From Azolla caroliniana (taxonomy: Eukaryota; Plantae; Polypodiophyta): 64,000 bases of DNA. The position numbers and the translations under genes are program-made. The notes under the pieces were generated by a model. The model was given only the letters and a program-made list of their open reading frames with translations, did not search any database and was not told the DNA's origin. Shown here piece by piece: positions 23,764 through 35,154 of this stretch. Each line of letters opens with the position of its first letter. Within the stretch, counting starts at the first letter, position 1. The DNA lies in assembly GCA_043228905.1 (NCBI GenBank), contig JBHGNT010000014.1:17608001-17672000 (forward strand), given 5' to 3'.

Positions 23764-26058
23764 ATGGTGGCAAGGGAGCCATCTGAGGGTGGTAAAGTAG
23801 ACTCAATGTCATCGATTAAAGTATCAGCGGCAAGGGTACCGCTCGTGCGGTGGGTGGAGTCGAGGTATGCACTACAAAGGATGGTTAATGGCCGCGAGAA
23901 GCAGCAAGTTGGGAATTTGGAACACAAGGAAACAAGTGACGCTTGGAAAGTCGTAGGGAATCATATTAATGGAGGTGCTGGTAGGATAGGTAAGGATTCG
24001 GTGAATCAGACAGATAAGAGGGGATGGATGAAAGAGATGATTAGGGCTCCTTCCAGCAGTATGGCTACAACCCTCTTTGCAGATGATGGCATTGAGGATT
24101 CACGAGTGTGGGGAGAAGCGGAGGTTTGGAAAGTAGATGCACGGAAGCAAGAAGCTGGAGGAGATCATGCCAACCTTGCATCATGGCAAATGGATGAAGA
24201 GGGAGTAGAAGAGGGGCAGCGGGGATTGCAAGGAGGATCGTCTCAAGGGTTGCCTATGGTGGAGAGTGAGGCCAAAGAGTACACGTTACAAGTGGAAAAT
24301 CTTTTGAATGAATGTGGTCAGGCACATAATGCACATAATACATGCACGAGAGGAGATGATGATAAGGATTTGAAAATGGTGGAGACTTCCGATGTATTGG
24401 ATGTTTTTCTGTCCGAAGAAGAAAGTACAATCTTAAATGCCGAGATCAAAAGATTAAAAAAATGTTCGTTCATTTGTAAGCTATTTGGTGGTAGGCCCAA
24501 CAGAGGTATGGTCCGTGATATGCTACAAGTAGCTTTAATGGATAAGGTCCCACATATAAAGAGTGTGGATAATATGGGTCGAAATTTCTTTCACATCGAA
24601 GTGAACGAAGGGAGTGATGTATCGCAAATTATCAATATGAAATGTGTAGAACTCAAATACGGAAGAGCTTTGTTGTTGGAGTGGCATGCTAATTTCAATG
24701 TTATGGATGAGGCTAAGAAAATTGGTAATCCCATGGTGATATCTATGGTATTCCCTAATCTGCCTCGACACTTATATCCGTTGATGCAAAATATTGGGGA
24801 GAAGATTGGCACAATTTGTCCTTCCAAGGCATCCATGGTAGACAAAATCCGAGACTCCCCTAAGATTAGGGTGCTTGTGCAAAGTTTGTCCACACTTCCC
24901 TCCCTAATTAGAGTGCATGATGTGGAGGGAAGATTGATAGATGTGGAGGTGGAATATGAGGGTTTACCTGGCCAATGTTTCTATTGTAAAAGAAAGGGCC
25001 ACATTGCCAAGGAATGTCCAAGGAAGATTAATAGAAATGTAAGGGGGGAGAAGGATACTGGGCTGTTAGATAAGCAAGAACCGATAAGGGAGTCAAGATT
25101 GAGCAACTTCATTGGGGCTGAGAAGGCGAACAATAGTGCAAATGGCTGGACTCGTGTTTCGGGACGGAAAAATGGCTTGCAACGAGAAGTAAACATGAAT
25201 ACACCTCATGCAGATTTGAGAAATCGTTTTGAAGTGTTGCAAGAAGAGGAGGACCTAGCACAAGATTCAAAGAAAACTATTGTTGAAGAGGTGGTAGTAT
25301 GTACACCCGAGGTCATGTTAAAAAGTGGAACACTTAGACAAGAATCTACCATGGGCTCCCCTTTCTCTATTGGTAAAAGTGGAAGTATGGGACTGAGAGC
25401 AATGAAAGACTGGCTGCGTAATGGGAGATGTCAAGAAAGCTCACCCAACGCTCCTGAAATTAAGTTGCAAGCAGTGGGAGAAAGAAGTAAGGAGGCAAAT
25501 GTTAGAGTTCCAATCAAATTTGTTAGGTCAAAAATATTGGAAGGGGACATGCTGGACAAGGGATATAGGTTTAGTCAGCAAGCTCTCACAAGACTGACGG
25601 ATTTGTCACAAGGGGAAGCTCTAGGGCTAAGGGTTTATGTAATTGTTGCTGAACGAAACAAGCTGCCGGCTATAGGCTTCTCTTTTGATCTAACAGACCT
25701 AGAGGTTACAACTAGTAACATGCCACGGATCTCCAACTTTATAGAAGTCAAGGCACACAAATACTTTCGCAGCCTACCTATCAATTGGAATGGAGATAAT
25801 TGGAGGTTGATGTGGCTGAATGCTGGAATGATATGTGGGAGTTTTCATAATTCTTGCATTAAAAAACAGATTTTACTATGCCTAGAGGAGATGATAGACC
25901 CTCTTGATGAGGTGTTGCACTTCCATGAGGAGGAAATGGCTGAAGCTACAAGGCAAGATGTTGTTTTAGGATGGGAGAGGATCAAGTCGAGAGGTTGGGC
26001 ATGGGCTCGTGGGGAGGGACTATGTACGGCTTGGGAGACCTCACAATTGTTCTCATGA
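23764..26058 (+). CDS. LINE ORF1 protein (DUF4283/RRM-like region, CCHC knuckle, long C-terminal extension), 764 aa
   Basis: FICKLFGGRP..MGRNFFHIE..FPNLP..IGEKIG..VEYEGLPGQCFYCKRKGHIAKECP is typical of plant L1 ORF1. Confidence 0.88.
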   Translation: MVAREPSEGGKVDSMSSIKVSAARVPLVRWVESRYALQRMVNGREKQQVGNLEHKETSDAWKVVGNHINGGAGRIGKDSVNQTDKRGWMKEMIRAPSSSMATTLFADDGIEDSRVWGEAEVWKVDARKQEAGGDHANLASWQMDEEGVEEGQRGLQGGSSQGLPMVESEAKEYTLQVENLLNECGQAHNAHNTCTRGDDDKDLKMVETSDVLDVFLSEEESTILNAEIKRLKKCSFICKLFGGRPNRGMVRDMLQVALMDKVPHIKSVDNMGRNFFHIEVNEGSDVSQIINMKCVELKYGRALLLEWHANFNVMDEAKKIGNPMVISMVFPNLPRHLYPLMQNIGEKIGTICPSKASMVDKIRDSPKIRVLVQSLSTLPSLIRVHDVEGRLIDVEVEYEGLPGQCFYCKRKGHIAKECPRKINRNVRGEKDTGLLDKQEPIRESRLSNFIGAEKANNSANGWTRVSGRKNGLQREVNMNTPHADLRNRFEVLQEEEDLAQDSKKTIVEEVVVCTPEVMLKSGTLRQESTMGSPFSIGKSGSMGLRAMKDWLRNGRCQESSPNAPEIKLQAVGERSKEANVRVPIKFVRSKILEGDMLDKGYRFSQQALTRLTDLSQGEALGLRVYVIVAERNKLPAIGFSFDLTDLEVTTSNMPRISNFIEVKAHKYFRSLPINWNGDNWRLMWLNAGMICGSFHNSCIKKQILLCLEEMIDPLDEVLHFHEEEMAEATRQDVVLGWERIKSRGWAWARGEGLCTAWETSQLFS

Positions 26059-29000
26059 AATTAATCACGTGGAACATACAAGGTCTAGGCGGTAGCAAAT
26101 GTATGTTGGAGAGGAAGAACCTCCGCCAAGAGTTCAAATCCCCTAGCTTTACGGGGATCCCAGACATTTTGCTCTTGCAAGAGCACCATTTGAGTGCGAA
26201 CAGAATCTCGAGTATTGGCAATCCTCTAGCGGGGGATTGGCATACTATTTGGTCCCCAGCGCAAGGTGAGCATGGTAGAAAAGGGGGTGTTTGTACATCT
26301 ATTAAGAATAATCCAGATATAATTGTTGTGGGCCAAGGCACCATCATGGAGGGACGTGCCATCTATGTGACAATCAGATGGCAACAACGTATCATTGGAA
26401 TAATAAATGTGTACGCGCCCAATTCGACAGTGATGCGGGCCCTTTTTTGGAGGCAATTGGCTGATGGATTGCCGATGGCAGATGCATGGATCCTCGCAGG
26501 GGATTTTAACATGACTATGCACGCAGAAGACAAGGTGGGGGGCATGCATACGGCGGTGCAAGGGTCAGAGCTAGTTGCATGGGATTTGTTGATGGGCAGA
26601 ATGGGAGTGAAAGATGCTTGGTATGTACTAAAAAAGCCTCGGAGCTCATTACGCTTCTCAAGAGTAGGCTGTAATATAAATGGCTAATGTATGTCTCGCA
26701 TAGACAGAATATACATAAGCTCGGAACTGGAAAAATATGGCAGCAATGTTGAAATCATCGCAGGTTCAGCTTACTCTGATCACATGCCGGTTTCGATTAC
26801 GTTGGTCACTCAGAGGCTGAACAAAAGGGACTGCAACTTAAGGATTAGTAATAAGCTTTTTGAGGATGTGGAGGTGAGAAGTAAGATAAGGAGTATATGG
26901 GAAAATAATCTAGTTGGTTGTGGTGCTTTGGATAATCTTCAAGGAAAGATTATTGAAACTTCAAAGTATTTGCATGAAGAGACTAAAAATAGATTGGAGA
27001 GATCTAAGGAAAGAGAGGTGAGACTAAGAAGATCGATAGCGGCTGCCCAAAGAATGCTCCAGAAAAATCCCAAGTGTCTTTGGTCAAGATCAGGTTTGGA
27101 GGCTGCCAAAGAAACACTACAGCGGCTGATTGTGTCAAGAAATAAGATGGTATTCAGGGGTTCAGCAGCTTGGTGGAGTAGGAATGGGGACAAGGTGAAC
27201 CAACAATTTTTTAAGTTTAAAAAACCGTGCACAATTGGTAACTTCATTCCTAAATTGATCAAGGAGGATGGTTCACTGTCAGAAGATGTATCAGAGATCA
27301 TGGAGGCAGTCACATCTCACTATAATGGGCTACTATCAAATAATTATAGTCTCCCAGACCAGCCCTCACTGGCAGAATTTGTATTGGAGGGAATGCAACC
27401 AAGAATTTCAGAGGTTGCACAAGTTAAGTTGTCAGGGCCACTCTTGGAAGAGGAGGTGTCAGATGCTCTGGCAAGTATATGTAGAACGTCTTGTCTAGGA
27501 GACGATGGATTATCAAAAGATTTTTATGAAATTTTTTGGGAAATAATTAAGGTTGACCTGGTTGCTGGACTAAATGAGGCATGGGATGATGGGTACCTCC
27601 CTGAACATTTTAAAGAGGGACTAATATTTCTAATTCCTAAGGTAAAGGGTATAGTATCAGATGTGAGGCAATGGAGACCGATTACGTTGCTCAACACAAT
27701 CTATAAGATTTTTGCTAATATGCTGGCCAAGAGTGTCAAACCCCATTTACATGCGCTAATTAATGTTGGACAAACAGGATTCATGGAAAATAGATGTATA
27801 ATCGATAATGTGTTGACCTTTTGGGAAGCGATTGCCCTGGCGAAGAAAACCAATCAACATATTGCATGCCTCATGCTTGACTTTGAGAAGGCATGTGATA
27901 GAGTACAATGGCCTTTTTTAGACAAAGTCATGGAGCGGTTGGGACTACCCTCAAAATGGAGAGCAGCTGCGTTGGCGCTTTACAAAGGAAGCTTGAGTAG
28001 GGTGTTGGTACTAGGGCAACGGGGCCCATCAATTCCATTATGCAAGTATGTCAGACAGGGGTGCCCATTGGCCCCCTACCTTTATTTATTTATCTCAGAG
28101 GCATTCTCTTTCTTTTTAAATAGACCGGATGCAGGAATTCGAGGTTTGGTTGTCCCACATGCTTGTAAGGACTTGTTGGACTCCATGTATGCAGATGACA
28201 CCATGCTCTATCTGCAAGGCAATGATGCTAATTTACAGCAGGCTGAAAATCGAATTGAGTTGTTTTGTAAAGCATCAGGTGGGAAAATAAATTGGAACAA
28301 AAGTAGAGGGTTTTGGGTAAGTCCAAACTCTTGGCCGAATTGGCAACCTAATGCTGATTTTCAATGGGTTCCTAATGGAAGGGCTGTTAAGTATTTGGGC
28401 TTTTTGGTGGGAATAGAGATTCAGAAAAATCAGCAACTTGAGCAAGTGAAAGACAAAATCAGAAAAAAGCTTCGGTTATGGGCATCAGTAAAGCTTTCCC
28501 TTGCAGGTAGAGTGGTTGTGGTAAACCATATTTTGTTGGCCACCATGTGGCACTCGTTGGCATGCTGGATGTTAGATAAAGAGTGCATAAAAAATATTAA
28601 GGCAATGGTGAGAGGGTTCCTTTGGTCGGGTAGAGACCATGAGACTGCTTCAGCTAAAGTGGCCTGGAGTTGTTTGATCAAGGCAAAAAGTCAAGGTGGA
28701 CTTGGGATGGTGGATCCAGGTCACCAAAGTAAGGCTTTACTTGGTAAGCTCTTGGTGCGAAGTCTCCAACCTGGACCAGAATTGTGGAAATTGCTTCTTA
28801 GAGACAGAGTTGAACTCTGGAGTCCGAGGAATGGCGGCCCTTGGAAGGCAAAGATGTGGTGGTTGTTCAGTCCAAGCCTAACGTTAAAAGAACCTACTAG
28901 CATGGAGGATAGGGTGGCCCGCACCATAATGAGGGCCTGGTCAAGTTTAAGAGAGGGGCTGGCCTTAATGCAGCCAAAAACAATGGAGGAACAACTCCGT

Positions 29001-30347
29001 CAACCTCTGTTTTGGAACCCCAGGATTCGAAGTGATGATGGTATGATGCTTGGTCAGAAAAAATACTTGCCATGGGGGAAAATGGTAGGGTACAATGTTA
29101 GTTCAGTAAGAGACTGGGAGGAGTTCAAAAGGAGACGAAGGGAGGGTCTGGTTGGAAGTCCTAGATTTACCGGCAGGCTGGAAAAGGTTACCCACTTGAT
29201 AGATAAGGCTGTTGATGGTCTAGCTAGGCTAAATGAAGAAGAGGGGGTCTGGTTTGGGTGGTTTGTAGGTGAGGGCGATGCACAAATTATCCGAGGCAGG
29301 TGCCCATCTAATGAGTATCGTTTGTGGGGCAACCTAAGTGCTTTGGCAGACAATGGCCAATGGTTGGCAGTGCGAGTGGCAATGTTGGAAGGTAAGAAGT
29401 GGCAAGTAAACCCGGACCCAGGGAAGCTGGAATCTGATCGTAAACTCTGGATAGTTGACAACAAGCCCATATGTGATCTGGATTGGGATCCACTAGAGGT
29501 GTGGTGGCAGAAACCGGGTACAGACAAACTTGAACGGTTTTTCGAGTACACTACCAAGCTAGGAAGGCAAATCATTGGCTCTAAATTGATGGGTGCTGGC
29601 CTAATTCGCAATAGTTGGAAGGATAAAGGCATTTCTGATGACTGGTTGAAGTCGTTTTGGAGGAGGCTATGGGCGTTTGATATGCCAGAAAAAATAAAGC
29701 TTTGGTTGTGGCTTCTTAGTCACAAAGCGGTGCTGGTGGGGGAGTGGCTTAGGTGTCGTGGTGGTGAGGCTGGATGCAAAAGTTGTGGACACCCTTTGGA
29801 ATCAATTCCTCATTGTTTTTGGAACTGCAGCGAGGCTATTAACATTTGGGGTAGAAGTCTCAGGATAGTGGCAGCATGCGGAGTGAATGGGAGAGTTGTA
29901 TGGGGGTCCGTACAAGGGCTGAAGTTAACAGGGGAAGGCTGGGCTGAACAGTTAAATCCCCACGGACATGGTTTTATAGTGCAGGATGGCAAGGTGTTTC
30001 AACGGGCTGGAGTTCGACATGGCACTAACTCAGAATTTTTTGAGGAGATATGGATGATGGTGTCTTGTTTATCGGTCTGGCACATTTGGACCAACCGTTG
30101 TAAATTTGTTTTTCAACAACAAAAGATCCCTAGCGATGAGGTATTATTAAATATCTTGTTTGAGTTGGTATCTTGGCTGCGGGGACGATACGACTCAATC
30201 AAGGGGGAATCTGATGCAGCTGAAAGATCTCGATCAAAGTTCTTGCTGAAATGGGGTAATTCTCCTATGGTGGGTAGATCCTCATCAGGGCCTCAATGGA
30301 ACTACCAAGCACCCCGATGGCTGTTTCCGGTTTCCAACAGCGTCTAG
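26055..30347 (+). pseudogene. LINE ORF2 (AP endonuclease, RT, zf-RVT) with a single in-frame stop at 26685-26687
   Basis: ITWNIQGL, LLQEHH, INVYAPN, GDFN, SRIDRIY, SDHMPV; WRPITLLNTIYKI, LDFEKACDRV, RQGCPLAP, YADD, KYLG; CKSCGHPLESIPHCFWNC. ORFs 25971-26687 and 26691-30347 share one frame. Confidence 0.93.
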
Positions 30348-32566
30348 GTGCTGTAAATCTGTATAGATATGGTACAAATTATTAGGTTATTGGAGTTGTT
30401 TGGATACGTTTGTTGAAAATGAGGTGGGGACTATGTCCACTTTGGTGGGAAGGCTAGAGTGAGGGCTGGTGAGAAGAACTTTGGGTGTTCTATGATGTAA
30501 TTTTGTTTGCTAACTAATGCGAAGTAGTGTTTTTTTGGATGGAAAAAAAAAACTAGGCCTATACCTAATTGCATTGTAACACAACCTTTCAAGATCCAAA
30601 AAGAAGCTAAACACCTTTTTAGCTACAATCCCTTGGTTTGCATTGTTTCGAAAGCTTCCATAGCTCCATCGACGGAATCCATGCCTCATTTATGCATTCC
30701 ATTGCCATGATGTGGAAAGCTTACAAGAGAAAATGTGTCAAAACTTAAGATATACAGAAGATTGAAAGATAGAACAAAAGTATGACAAGAAGGACTTATG
30801 CTATCATGATTGAATGGTTAGTCGTCATTTGTTGGGACGTTGCTCTGAATCACAAGGACCTCCTTCTGAATCTCTACTCACAAGAGATATTCTCTTCGAT
30901 CTTATTTTCTTACCGTTATAAATCATTCCATGTAATGGAGTCAGAGTTAATCTCATATTGCATCTACTCAATTCGTGAACTTTCATGTAATACTATATTT
31001 TGATTTCCATATACAATTATTTTCACACGATGCTTTTGTCTGAAATTTTTCAGATCAAACAAGGATTGCGTTGAACTTTTCATCTCACAAATCTGACCTC
31101 AAAGCAATAAGTTACTTGATTTGGAGCAATATTGATGAAAAGATGACTACATCTTCCACTACACAACTTCATGAAATAACTTGTGCACATATAAATAACT
31201 CAACATTGTACTATTGATTAGTCGATTGGTTTGCATATTGCCAATCACCCTCTGCATTCGAGAATTCAAGACAAAAAGGCGAACACCTAACCTTGAGTTG
31301 GTTCTTCTCACAATACCTTATGTGCAAAATTTTAGACTATCCCACTTGTCGACTCCATATGAAGGACATTGGGAAAGATGCGCACTAGTAGCAATAATGG
31401 GTAAAGGAAAGAAGATCCAAATCCCAAATAAATTATACTTTTTCTAGAAGAACAAACATGGAATATTGTAGTAAATGAAATGCTTGCAAAAGTATTATAG
31501 ATGACACTAAGTAGTAGTCTAATGCATACAAGGATGCCTATCTAATAAGATACTTGCATGACTCCACTACACCAAGCTATGATGTACGAAGGGTTAAGTT
31601 CAACAAATAGAAGAAGTTGATCCTAGACCAAGTTCCCCCCTAATCACCACACTTAGTGATTGACCACCACTTAAGAAATGATGAGGACTAAGCTCATTCT
31701 CTATCGTGGTAACCACCTTAGTAACCTCAAAAAGTAATAATCCATTGAATATTTGTAAATTGTTTCATGTTGGTCCTATGAGGAAAATGTCGAGGAATAT
31801 AATCAAATCTTGCACTCTCTTCAATGTTGTAAATTATCCTTTTTATTTTTCAAAATTTCAAAATTATTTTGTATTAGTAGATGCATTAGCCATTTGATAA
31901 TGTGTGTGTGTATTTAACTTGTGCAAATAAAACTCATACATGCTCAAATGCATCAAATTAAGATTGTCAAAATATACGTTAGGAAATGTTTCATTTTTTA
32001 ATATGGCAAAAAAACTATGATAGTAGATACCTTAGGAACCCTCCAATATATACCTAGCTTGATTGATGTATACCTAACTTGCCATACATTGTAGTCATTT
32101 GTTGTTTATCAATTATACTTTCTTCAAAAGAAAATATTCTAAGAAACGTAAACAATTACCTTGATAATAAGATTTAACTCTATTTTCAAAGACATTAATG
32201 AAGGTCAAGCTGAATAAATTTTTGGGAGTGTTAGTTAGCTTTAGGAATCAAGATTGATTCAATATATTTAAGCTTAGTATTAGTGTCAAGTGTACAATAG
32301 GTAAATTTCCAAAGAAGTAAATATGTAGTTATTAGGTAAGATTGATAATATGTAATAAAGGATGTTATCTAGTGGAATTCATTGGATAATTGTTGGAATT
32401 CTTTTGAAGGCTATATTAGCATGAACAATGTAATAGTATATCACCCTTGATTAACTTCTAATAGAAGGATTGTTACCAATGTATATTTATCTTTGAGTAA
32501 ATTGTTTCATTCATAAATTATAGATAGGATATGTCTCTAACATTCGACAACAATTTGATTTAGTTT

Positions 32567-33040
32567 TAGAGTGTCAAACCCAAACCGGTTTAAAACCAAA
32601 TTGTTTAAAATTTTTGAAACTTGAACCAAACCGAACCAAACCACGAAACCATTTAAACTGAATTGTTACAAAAAATCAAAACTGTTAAACCACTAAAAAA
32701 CTGAAGTTTCGTGGTTCGGTTTCGCTTTTCAAGTTAGGTCAAAATTCAAAATTCAAAATTTTTCATTATTTCAAGATTTAATGTTTCAAAAATTTTAAGA
32801 TTTATCCTAAAATGTGAGAAATAGGCTTAAAAATGAAAAGGTTGTTAACAAATAATAAATCAATCAATCAATTGGCAACCCTAAACCATCAAACCGTTTT
32901 AATTGAACCAAACCATTCACCCCCAAACCGAACCGAACCCGGAACTGAACTGTTAAATAAAACTTAAACCTGAACCTAATCGTTTAAACCATTAAACCAT
33001 TATGTCGTGGTTTCATGGTTTGGTTCTGTTCGGTTCAAGC
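32567..33040. mobile_element. Decayed hAT-like MITE remnant(s) with AAACCG/AACCG subterminal repeats
   Basis: TAGAGTGTCAAAC at 32567, TTGGCAACCCTA ending 32883, and dense AAACCG/CGGTTT motifs as in the hAT element at 57986; no TSD found. Confidence 0.4.
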
Positions 33041-33046
33041 CAAACC

Positions 33047-33501
33047 TATTAGAGTGATGATCTAATGTAATCACATGATAAGGGTAAAAGATAGATAAAT
33101 AAGAAAGGAGAGAGAGAAAGAAGGGTGTCGATCCACTTGACCACTCTCGTGTGAAGGGATCAAGATGGACTCGAGCCTTGATCGGCGTCCCATACCACCG
33201 CCGTGGCGTCGATTCGTACCTGGTGTTGGCGCGCTCGCTACAAGAGTTGACGCACCACAATGTCAGAGTCTCGATGTAGTCAATAATGTGTCAAATGAGG
33301 GTAGCTAGGCCTTATATTTATAGCCAGATGTAAGGCCCCTAGGCAAGTTCACACTTGGCCTAATGGGTTGCCTCAATCTCGAGGATTAAATGTAATCCTC
33401 CCCTTCTTTACACTCTCGTTTAACCCTCACACTTTATCCACGTGTATAGAATACTACTGTAAATTCTCACCACGGGATATTATATGGTCATGCTTGTAAC
33501 A
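33047..33501 (-). mobile_element. Probable solo LTR (455 bp)
   Basis: 5-bp direct repeat AAACC at 33042-33046 and 33502-33506; ends TATTAG (one change from TGTTA) and GTAACA; minus-strand CTATAAATA near 33314-33322. Confidence 0.55.
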
Positions 33502-34155
33502 AAACCGTTGTTGATTGTTATATGTCTCTAACACTTTGCAACCATGTAGCTAAACAATGACTAAATTATTGTGTCACGTGTGGCACATTAATTTCATTCT
33601 CATGGGCATGGTTGTCTAGTTATATGGTCGCCGAAGCTAGAGAGATATCCCATCGTGGTTCCCGCTATTGGATACCAATTAAGCACAAGTTTGTGGGAAA
33701 TTATATTAGAGATATCATGTTTACAAACTTACAAGGACAAATAATAAATCTCTCTCTCTCTCTCTCTCTCTCTCCATGTGTGTGTGTGTAACACAATTGT
33801 CAATAATTGGTTAATAGTTGACTAGTTTACATATATTTTCTTTTTACTCAATAATTCAAATTTCACATGTATGGAGTTCCTCAAGTAAGCAAATGTACAA
33901 ATTTACATTTTCTTCATATATAGGGAGCAATTATGTATCTTGTACATTTATGTGGCTAGGTGTTTTAGCCATTAGGTTAAGGACTCCTTACATTTGCTAC
34001 GAGTGTTGGTTCTTTAAGACTAGTTGTCTCCAAAATATAAACAAAGCTATATATGTATGTACAACTAGCTTCCACCATCTTTCTTGAAGATTGGGAGCAA
34101 TTATGTATCAAGTTCTCCACAATGGTGAACCTTACAAAAATATAATCCATAACTA

Positions 34156-35065
34156 TTAATATGTGTTATATTTCTTCATTCGAGGGATATTCACGATAAG
34201 GATTCCATCGTTCCACGTAGCCTTCGCTTCTTTTGGTTTTGAATTGGTAGGCATGTGGAGTACATGGGTAAACCAATTTCTAGGATGTTTCCCGATGAGC
34301 ATCAATGCATGGTCTTGCAATTGTAATGATATATCTCGATAATCTCCTACTCCTGAACCCAAACAAGTCGCAACTCAATAAATGAAGAAAGTTGACAATT
34401 GCTATAGAACTTGATTTACAAAATGTTTGATAATTAATTATGCAATACCAACTTTTCAAATACAACTACAATTTGAAAATAATGCAACTTAAATAATCAC
34501 TAAAAGTTAACTTTGTTTGTAAATTTGATATATAATATATGCACACATACGTATTTAAATAGAGAGAGGCTAAAGATAGTAAACATACATTTGTTGATGA
34601 TGTTAAACAAGGTGCCATATAAGAACACTACTTGAAAGAAACTCCAATAATTGTATCTTGTATAACCTAAAACTATAACTAATCATTTTGTAAATAAGGA
34701 CTATTATTTTCCTTTGTTGAACATAAGCAAACACATGCCTCATCCCTTACTTGATATAATTGAGCTAATATGGAAAAATGACCTAAATCTTCGATATTTA
34801 TGGCATGCCTGATCCTCGACACAATATAGTTGAGCTAATATGAAAAAATGACCTAAATCTTTAGTGTTGATACAACTACATAAACCAAAGTATAATATGT
34901 TACGAATATTATACTTTTCATAACTATGCAAACCAAGTTGTATGATATATTTCCATCCTCACCTCGAAGGTCTATCTTGAAGACAAAGTTGTTGGTGGTC
35001 TCTATCACATCCACTGAGGGGGCATTTCTACCAGCAAGTATGAAGTTGTGGTGTTTGAGCGCCAT
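34156..35065 (-). CDS. Minimal alpha-crystallin-domain (HSP20-like) protein, 99 aa; exons 35065-34963 and 34352-34156
   Basis: GT-AG phase-1 intron joins MALKHHNFILAGRNAPSVDVIETTNNFVFKIDLRG to VGDYRDISLQLQDHALMLIGK...FTHVLHMP...AKATWNDGILIVNIPR (ACD strands); paralog at 41264 has the same structure. Confidence 0.85.
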
Positions 35066-35147
35066 TTTATGTATATGTCTAATGCTTCCAATACTATCAC
35101 TCTACACTCTTAATCTTATCTCATTTTGCAAACATCCTTCGACTTCA

Positions 35148-35154
35148 ATTTATA
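35148..35154 (-). promoter_or_regulatory. TATA box of ACD gene 1
   Basis: TATAAAT in the context GTGAAAAAGGATATAAATTG, conserved with the paralog's GTGAACAAAAATATAAATTG. Confidence 0.6.

Larger units (their letters stand above)
23477..30550 (+). mobile_element. Full-length L1-clade LINE, near-intact
   Basis: TSD AACTAGGCCTATACC at 23462-23476 and 30551-30565; short poly(A) from 30543; ORF1 and ORF2 present. Confidence 0.95.
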
